Source: Ruditapes philippinarum (lineage: Eukaryota). Taken from it: a stretch of DNA of 64,000 bases. Shown piece by piece: positions 43,474 through 64,000 of the stretch. Position numbers and translations under genes: made by a program. The DNA lies in assembly GCF_026571515.1 (NCBI RefSeq), contig NW_026862686.1, forward strand, positions 1 to 64,000, read 5' to 3'. The notes under the pieces are model-generated. The model ran no database searches and was not told where the DNA came from. It was given only the letters and a program-made list of their open reading frames with translations. Position 1 is the stretch's first letter, and every line of letters starts with the position of its first letter.

Positions 43474-45329
43474 TTTATTTCATCTGCAAGTTATGTTTTT
43501 ATTTTTTTTTAGAACAAGTAGGACGAATATAAAATAAGATTCTATTCCAAATATTGGCACCATTGTGACAACAATGTATTTTTTTACCAAAATTCATGCG
43601 ATGTTTAGGTATAACTATGTCATTATGCGATGCAGATCGAAAATGGGAGCAACACCTTAATTATTTTAACTAGAAAGCAAACATACTGTACATTGATTCT
43701 GGGAATGTCCGTATATACAACACCATAGGAATAAAGTGTTTAAATATATACATCAATAGCAAAAACGATATATTGGCAATCATGTGTTTCATAATAATAA
43801 ATTAAACAACAATATACATCTACAAGCAAAATACAACATATACAAATGTTAATACTAATCAATGTTTAAAAATTTCAAGATCACGTTTTGAACTTAATCA
43901 AATAATAGCGTTCAAATGACAACATAGAAACAATCAATACAACCTGGCAACGATTTTTCACCCGAATAACGACTAATTTACACTTGTGTTAGCAATCGGA
44001 ATCCCAACCATTGGTCCATTTTTTCAAACTTTCAGTTTCATCCAATAACAAGGAGGTAATCATTTAGGGTATGACAATAACCCCATGCTATAATCATGAG
44101 TTATTGTTAATAAATGTGAAAGCAGAAGTTATTTTATAAAGTTAGTAAAGGATGACTATATACCTAACCTTTAATCATCGTTTGGACGGGGAGAATAAAT
44201 TGAATGGGACCCGAAAAAAATTGTTTTAAAACTTCATTAAGAACCATTCATATTTGTAACATAAATTGTACACCATATATTAGCCTGGGTTCCAGTCTGT
44301 AAATTTGTTATGTGCTTCTGTTCGGCAAATCCATATTATCAAAAATACGAATAAGTATGAAATAACGCGTATGCTATGAATATGCAAACAAATACAACGT
44401 CTGAACCCCAGGCTAACCATATACATTGTATATGACAAGTTTAGGCCGCTACCTTTACAAAATGGTAAAAAATCTCTCAAAGTGATCCTTTGTTTACATA
44501 TCTTTTAAATAACAAGAACTTTATTAAATACCATTTCTTTTTATAACATTTCTATAACCGTAAAATTTTACGCTGCTGGGCGGCAAGGCCACCAACTTCA
44601 CAAATAATGATAAAATAAAAAAAAATCTCAAGTGATATTTTCTTTTCATTTATCTTTTAAGTAACAAGAATTGTTTCATTTAAGCCGTTTAATTGTTCAT
44701 ATAACAGTTCTACAACATCAAAATTTTTGGCCGCCGGGCCGCTGGGCCGCCAACTTCACAAAAAAAGATAAAATCAAAAAGTTCTCTGAATTTATATACC
44801 TTTTAATATGTCAAGAATAGTCTAAAGAACTTCATAAAGTCCCGTTTTTAACATTTGCTAAACATTTCTACAACTGCAAAATTTCCGACTGCTAGGTCGC
44901 TAAAGAAAAAAAAAACTTTCTAAGTGTGATTTTTTCTTTTATATAACTGTATATATGATATGTCTTTAAAAGTTAATTAAGTGTGTTTTTTCAATTATTT
45001 TCCAAACTTTCACAACATTTAAATTTAAGGCCGCTAGGCTGTGTTCCGCCACGCCGCCAACTTCACAATAAGATTAAATAAAAAAGTTTTCTCAAGGAAT
45101 GTCTTAAGAACATCATTAATTGCCGTTTTATTGTTTTTTATAACATTACTACAAACTAAAAATTTAGGCCGCCATGCCGCCAACTTCACGCCGCCAGGTC
45201 GCTGGGCCGCCAGGTTGCCAACTTCACGCCGCCAGGCCGCCAATTTCACGCCGACAGGCCGCAGGTTGTGTGTTTTTCAATAATTCAAAATTCAATGATG
45301 ATGCTCTCTGTGTGGCATGTGTGGTAGTC

Positions 45330-45550
45330 TATGTGGGCAGTGCCATGTCTACTATGTGGGTAGTGCTCTGTGTGCCATGTCTACTATGTGGGTAGTGCTC
45401 TGTGTGCCATATCTACTATGTTGGTAGTGCTCTGTGTGCCATATCTACTATGTTGGAAGTGCTCTGTGTGCCATGTCTACTATGTGGGTAGTGCTCTGTG
45501 TGCCATGTCTACTATGTGGGTAGTGCTCTGTGTGCCAAATCTACTATGTG
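45330..45550 (+). repeat. 32-bp minisatellite
   Basis: GTAGTGCTCTGTGTGCCATGTCTACTATGTGG, ~6 copies. Confidence 0.85.
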
Positions 45551-45579
45551 AATGTGTATAATGTTATAGGTAAGTGTGT

Positions 45580-47290
45580 AAGTCAGGTCAGTGTTTGAGA
45601 AGTGTCCTATGAGTTAGATCAGTCTGTGAGCAGCGCATATGAGTAAGGTCAGTCTGTGAATAATGCATTGTGAGACTGTGTGTGAGTAGTATCTGTTTGT
45701 GTCAGGTCAGTATGTGAATAGTGTCTTTTGTGTGTGTGTTAAGTCAGTCTGCCAGTGTAGTGCTCTGTGTTTATTGTGAGTCAGTCTTTTAGTAGTGTCC
45801 TGTGAGTAGTGTCTAATGTGTCAAGTACTGTGTGTATCAGGACAGTTTGTGAGTAGTGTCCTGTGTGTATCAGGTCTGTCTGTGACTAGTGTCCTGTGTC
45901 TGTTAGGTTAGTTTGTGAGTATTGTACTGTGAATGTCATGTCAGCCTGTGAGTAGTGTCCTGTGTGTGTCATGTCAGTCTGTGACTAGTGTCCTGTGTCT
46001 GTTAGGTTAGTTTGTGAGTATTGTCCTGTGTATGTCAGGTCAGTCTGTGAGTAGTGTCCTGTGTGTGTCAGGTCAGTCTGTGAGTAGTGTCCTGTGTATG
46101 TCAGGTCAGTCTGTGAGTAGTGTCCTGTGTGTGTCAGGTCTGTCTGTGAGTAGTTTCATGTGTGTGTCAGGTCTGTCTGTGAGAAGTGGTCTGTGTGTTA
46201 TCAGGTCTGTCTGGAGTAGTGTCTGTTATCAGGTCAGTTTGAGGTCGTGTCTGTGTATGTCAGGTTCTACTGTGAGTAAAGTGTCCCTGTGTATTGTAGG
46301 TCTAGTGTGTGTAGTTCCTGTGTTGTCAGGTAGTCTGTTGAGTAGTGTCCTGTGTAATGTCAGGTCCAGTCTGTGGAGTAGTGTCCTGTGTGTATCAGTG
46401 TCTGTGAGTAGTGTTCTGTGTATGTCAGGTCAGTCTGTGAGTAAGTGTCCTGTGTGTGTCAGGTCAAGTCTGTGAGTAGTGTCTGTGTGTGTCAGGCAGT
46501 CTGTGAGAGTGTCCTGTGTGTGTGTCTAGGTCAGTCTGTGAGTAGAGTCTGTGTGTATAGGTCTACCTTGTGAGTAGTGGTCCTGTGTGTGTCAGGTTCT
46601 GTCTGTGAGTAGTCAGTCTGTGAGTAGTGTCTGTGTGTCTGTGAGTTGCGTCTGTTGTTAGGTGTCTGTGAGTATGTCTGTGTGTATATGTCATCTGTGA
46701 GATTTTTCCTGTGTGGTTAGGTCGCCTGTGAGTATTGTTGTGTATGTCAGGTCTCTGTGAGTATTCTGTTTTGTCAGGTCAGTCTGTGAGTAGTGTCTGG
46801 GGTTTGTAGGTTGTCTGTGAGTAGTGTCCTGGGGTTCAGGTCTCTGTGAGTAGTGTCCTTTGGTGTGTCAGGTCGGTCTGTGAGTAGTGTCCTGTTGTTG
46901 TCAGGTCAGTCTGTGAGTTGTTCCTGTGTTGNNNNNNNNNNNNNNNNNNNNNNNNNNNNNNNNNNNNNNNNNNNNNNNNNNNNNNNNNNNNNNNNNNNNN
47001 NNNNNNNNNNNNNNNNNNNNNNNNNNNNNNNNNNNNNNNNNNNNNNNNNNNNNNNNNNNNNNNNNNNNNNNNNNNNNNNNNNNNNNNNNNNNNNNNNNNN
47101 NNNNNNNNNNNNNNNNNNNNNNNNNNNNNNNNNNNNNNNNNNNNNNNNNNNNNNNNNNNNNNNNNNNNNNNNNNNNNNNNNNNNNNNNNNNNNNNNNNNN
47201 NNNNNNNNNNNNNNNNNNNNNNNNNNNNNNNNNNNNNNNNNNNNNNNNNNNNNNNNNNNNNNNNNNNNNTGTGAGTAGTGTCCTGTGTTT
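45580..47290 (+). repeat. 33-bp GT-rich minisatellite spanning the assembly gap
   Basis: GTCAGGTCAGTCTGTGAGTAGTGTCCTGTGTGT units continue on both sides of the N run. Confidence 0.85.
46932..47269. other. Assembly gap (N run)
   Basis: Direct reading. Confidence 1.
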
Positions 47291-47354
47291 GGGTTTTGGG
47301 ATTTGGTCTTGTTGTGTGTAGTAGTGTATTTGTGTGGGGAAAAGATTTAGTAAT

Positions 47355-47440
47355 TTTAGTGGGAGTTTGCGGGGGATCGAACTCGCAACCCCTAGATTTG
47401 TAGTCAGACAGTGTTACCACTGCACCACAGCGCCCGCTCT
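47355..47440 (-). mobile_element. tRNA-like SINE head
   Basis: Reverse complement GCGCTGTGGTGCAGTGGTAACAC..GAGTTCGATCCC; related sequence at ~795-850 on +. Confidence 0.55.
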
Positions 47441-48577
47441 GATTTATAACTATTTTGGAATTCCCTATATACATTATCTCATTAGTGACCAAGAAATTGA
47501 GTAATTATGCTATTGAATTTTCGCACCTAAATAGTAAATATAGCGTTAGGGTCTAAAGTGTTTAACAATGGCTGACATTCGAATTTTTGCTCGAGGGGTT
47601 ATGATAAAGGACTTTACACAAACGAGCAGTAAAAGGAAAATAAGTAAGATTGTTGACAAGAAATTAAAAAGCCCATACCGAAAAGTCTTTGTTCCGTTAA
47701 ATAGGACCGAAGTTTCATTATAATTAATTGAAAAAATCGTTTTATAAAAATGAATTTTTAAACAAATTTTTTATAATTTACTATTTAAATTTTTTGTTCA
47801 AAATAAATTTAACGAAAATATTTTTAAAATGCAGCATAAATTACTAGTTTCATAAATTGAAAATGGAAAAGTAAAAATTTAAAATATTTTAAAAGAAAAC
47901 CCAAAAAAGTTATTTATAATGCAAAAAAATTTAAAAGTTTTCCGAACCGATTATTTTTTTGTTTTAACTGCAACATGTATATTAAGTTGCTTTAAGATAA
48001 ATTTGTAATTATTTAGTGTATGTACAACCCACATTTACAAAAAAAAACATTTCTTTTATTCATATAGTTACTGAGCAATGATTTTTACAAGTATACTACT
48101 ACACACATTATACCCTATCTTTCTATCATTTCACGACAGTGGACAAGAAATGCGTACAAACAGTGTTGACCACTGTAAAAATTAGGAGATACATGTTTGC
48201 TATTCATCCACTTAACAACCTTAAAACAAATTTACCAAGATATATTAATCAATGCTTTCTTTTAAAACTATCTAACCTTAATATATCAACAAATAACAAA
48301 TAAGGGGGATATATTAAATGGTAAACAAAACAATAAAATACACATAGTTGTAAATACATGTACAGTACATCCACAATCAATTAAAAGAGAGACAACATCA
48401 ATAACTAAGGCACACTTGACAGCACATATATCTACTATTTTCGAAAAACAACAACAACACTTTACTATATAATTTTTTTGATACAAAGAAGAATCCAGCA
48501 TATTTTCTTCCTAATATATATTGAGCATTTTTTATTTTTTTCTTGACTGAAATTCCAATAACTTTGAGAGATAACAT

Positions 48578-48948
48578 CACATAGGGTACATTGGAACAAA
48601 TAGAATTAGGGAGAGAACTTCATATAGGTTACATTGGAACAAATAGAATTAGGGAGAGAACTTCACATAGGTTACATTGGAACAAATAGAATTAGGGAGA
48701 GAACTTCACATAGGGTACATTGGAACAAATAGAATTAGGGAGAGAACTTCACATAGGGTACATTGGAACAAATAGAATTAGGGAGAGAACTTCACATAGG
48801 TTACATTGGAACAAATAGAATTAGGGAGAGAACTTCACATAGGTTACATTGGAACAAATAGAATTAGGGAGAGAACTTCACATAGGGTACATTGGAACAA
48901 ATAGAATTAGGGAGAGAACTCCACGGTACATAGAAACAAATAGAATTA
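48578..48948 (+). repeat. 43-bp tandem repeat, 8 full copies plus a partial
   Basis: CACATAGG(G/T)TACATTGGAACAAATAGAATTAGGGAGAGAACTT, head-to-tail with no spacers. Confidence 0.95.
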
Positions 48949-49789
48949 CAAGACCTGAAGCACATTGTGCTTTAAGTGATTGATGGACACAAGTTTAGTC
49001 ATAAATTGATGATTGACCTTGAAGGCACTGCACTAAGGTTTTATTACTTGAATGGAAAACTATATACACAGTAGGTAATCGATTTTTTTTCATTACCAGT
49101 CTATATAATTCAATATGAATGATCTATTGCAAGCACGATCACCTGTTACTTCAGTTCAATATATGATATTACTACAAATCTTATTTAATGCAAAAATTTC
49201 CCTAGAAAGTTGAACTTTGAAATTTTATCAACCTCTATCACTTTTTGGGATCACAGAGAGAGAGAGAGAGGAAGCTGGCTTATCAGCAACACTGGTCAGT
49301 CTTTAGAGTCATCAACAGATCATGTCAAGTTTTTAAACATGATCTAGTGACAAAGAATCAAACGTATTTGACAAGGTGGATAATTGGTTGGTTGTATGAT
49401 CGCTGAGGTAAGTTTCGTTAAATCTTTCTATTTTATCAACTGCATCATATCCCTTTTGGGAATTCATTTTAGAATTGATTCTTTAATGCATATAAAATTA
49501 CGCAAATTTCTTTTTAATGATAGGTAAAATTAAAATAACTATTTTGCTGTCATCATTCTAATAAAAGTAAACATTTCATATCTATTAATCTATGTACACA
49601 TTTTATCCTTTCTACTATAAATAAAGAAAGCATGTGCTTCACCGTCCAGCTAATGTTCCTGTTACAAAATTCTTAGTTTCATTCAAAAGATGCAGAAGAA
49701 AAATTTATTTGTCAATGTACTTTGCACAGTACGTTATGTTATAGACTACAATTAAATACACATATAATTTATTTTGTTTATATATCGCC

Positions 49790-50290
49790 TCCCTATTGTA
49801 GAATTTGACAAATGTCTTTGCTCCCATCCATTCATGTTTTTGCGATTGTTGTTAGTGGCACCCCACGTAGTCTAGCTGTTGATGTGAAGCCGCTCTCGAA
49901 CTATGTGGTCCATATTTACAATGAATTCCTGCCTTAATTAAAATGTGTTTCACCCAACTGAAATTGTTTGATGTGATACTGCTTTGTGTATTTTTTTGAG
50001 TATTGATAAATGATTTTATTTCAGTGTGTCGTAATGCAATTTTTCTTTCGAATATATTTTCTACAATCCTTACAATACAAATCAAAGGATTGGCTTTACA
50101 TCTTTGTAACACAATGTTCTGAAGGTAATTACCAGCTTTTGATTGTTTCAATATAATTATGTTTTTTATCAATAATGACACTGTCCTCTTGAAACTCAGT
50201 GTCTTTTATATCAAATAAAAATTTAAGATTTGACATCTTTGTGCAGCAGTTAAAAATAAATAAATGACAGATAGTTTGCATGATAATTGA
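49790..50290 (-). mobile_element. Decayed tyrosine recombinase (DIRS/Crypton-type) relic
   Basis: Fragmentary minus-strand translation LTAAQRCQIL (box I Arg), LKQSK, WVKHILIKAGI..YGPHSSRAAS (H-x-x-R), GW...TFVKFYNR (catalytic Tyr), with frameshifts. Confidence 0.65.
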
Positions 50291-50647
50291 GGAAGAGGTG
50301 CCTACATGATCCCATTTTGTGGACTAGGTCATGAATCCTTTTATTTAATCGTTGTCACTGAATTCTAAGATGCTGATAGCAGCTCTTGCAGTTTAAAATG
50401 TAGAATATTTTAAACTTTTTTGATGAACATAATGTCAAAAAGAAATCTAAAACCGAATTCACAAGGGGCTGAATGTGGTTGATAAGTCACTCCCCTCCCA
50501 CCTCCCAAAAAAGCATATTTTAATGTATGTGTTATATTGTTGTTTTTTTTGTTTTTGTTTTTTTTTTTTTTTTGGAATCTCGCTACAAGTGTAAAATGAT
50601 ATTGTTTGTATCTGTAGATATAGTACTCTTTGGACATGCGGTTGGTA

Positions 50648-50798
50648 TATTATGTACAACGGCAAAGATCTTTTTTTATTGCCATTTATCTTTACGATAA
50701 GTTATTTTGGCATCAGCTCTACCACATTTTTACCACTGTCTTTATATACTTGTCCATTAAACTTGCTGCCAACAGTAACAAGGGCGCTGTCATTGTTT
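50648..50798 (-). pseudogene. Orphaned remainder of copy B exon 25 (ACP-TE linker) beyond the SINE insertion
   Basis: Reads NDSALVTVGSKFNGQVYKDSGKNVVELMPK*LIVKING..SLPLYII, aligning to copy A NDSTPVAVDSK...SLPLYII. In-frame TAA at 50702-50704; homology ends before HPIEG. Confidence 0.85.
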
Positions 50799-50978
50799 AG
50801 TTTATACAGAATTTATTTTCGTGCGATTGTATAGGAACTTAAAGCGTATAAACATACTATCGGATCCTGAGCAATGAGTGTAAAGTTTCTTGCTCAATGA
50901 AATAACGCCTTGTCTCTGACAGCGTTCGAGTCCTTACGGCTAGGGGTCCTTAGGTTACTAGGCGCGTTAACAACTCGG

Positions 50979-50992
<14 letters not shown>
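50799..50992 (-). mobile_element. tRNA-derived SINE inserted in copy B exon 25
   Basis: A-box-like GGCATAGCCGAGTTG, B-box-like GGACTCGAACGC, core TGAGCAAGAAACTTTACACTC shared with 36490, tail AAAATAAATT..TAAACT; flanked by AAACA (50993-50997 and 50794-50798). Confidence 0.8.
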
Positions 50993-63910
<12,918 letters not shown>

Positions 63911-64000
63911 CTGACATATGAATATTTTTACATTTAAACAGAAACAAACTAGAAATGTGTCCATTGGACACATATGTAGTAGCATTCTACTGTGTGTCAG

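Noticed and set aside
47355-47440. Functional tRNA gene
   Set aside because: A/B boxes are present but I could not form a convincing acceptor stem; resembles the SINE heads elsewhere in the window
46014-47492. Repetitive Cys/Ser/Val ORFs
   Set aside because: Translations of the 33-bp satellite and the N run
48578-48948. 43-bp repeats as a CRISPR array
   Set aside because: Units are contiguous with no unique spacers; no cas genes; eukaryotic context

Overview
AT-rich, intron-rich animal genomic DNA. The repeat content suggests a bivalve mollusc (inference). The window holds two convergent (tail-to-tail) paralogues of the type I animal fatty acid synthase megasynthase. Copy A (+, ATG 8693 to TGA 39296, 29 coding exons, ~2550 aa) has the complete KS-AT-DH-psiMT-ER-KR-ACP-TE order with all catalytic motifs, but a cluster of homopolymer indels at 25950-28140 looks like long-read consensus error. 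Copy B (-, enters from beyond 64000) has the same exon structure but is specifically altered: DH catalytic His->Tyr and Pro->Ser plus a 12-nt in-frame DH deletion, substitutions at conserved ER positions with one 1-nt insertion, and KR 'LRD'->'LKN'. A tRNA-derived SINE is inserted immediately after its intact ACP and supplies a stop codon and an AATAAA; the thioesterase exons are missing. Copy B is either a nascent TE-less, DH-dead FAS-like polyketide synthase or a recent pseudogene. The rest of the window is transposon-derived sequence (Harbinger derivative, 1.2-kb foldback element, Helentron-like HINEs, pogo- and Kolobok-like MITEs, SINEs, a tyrosine recombinase relic), satellites and one assembly gap.
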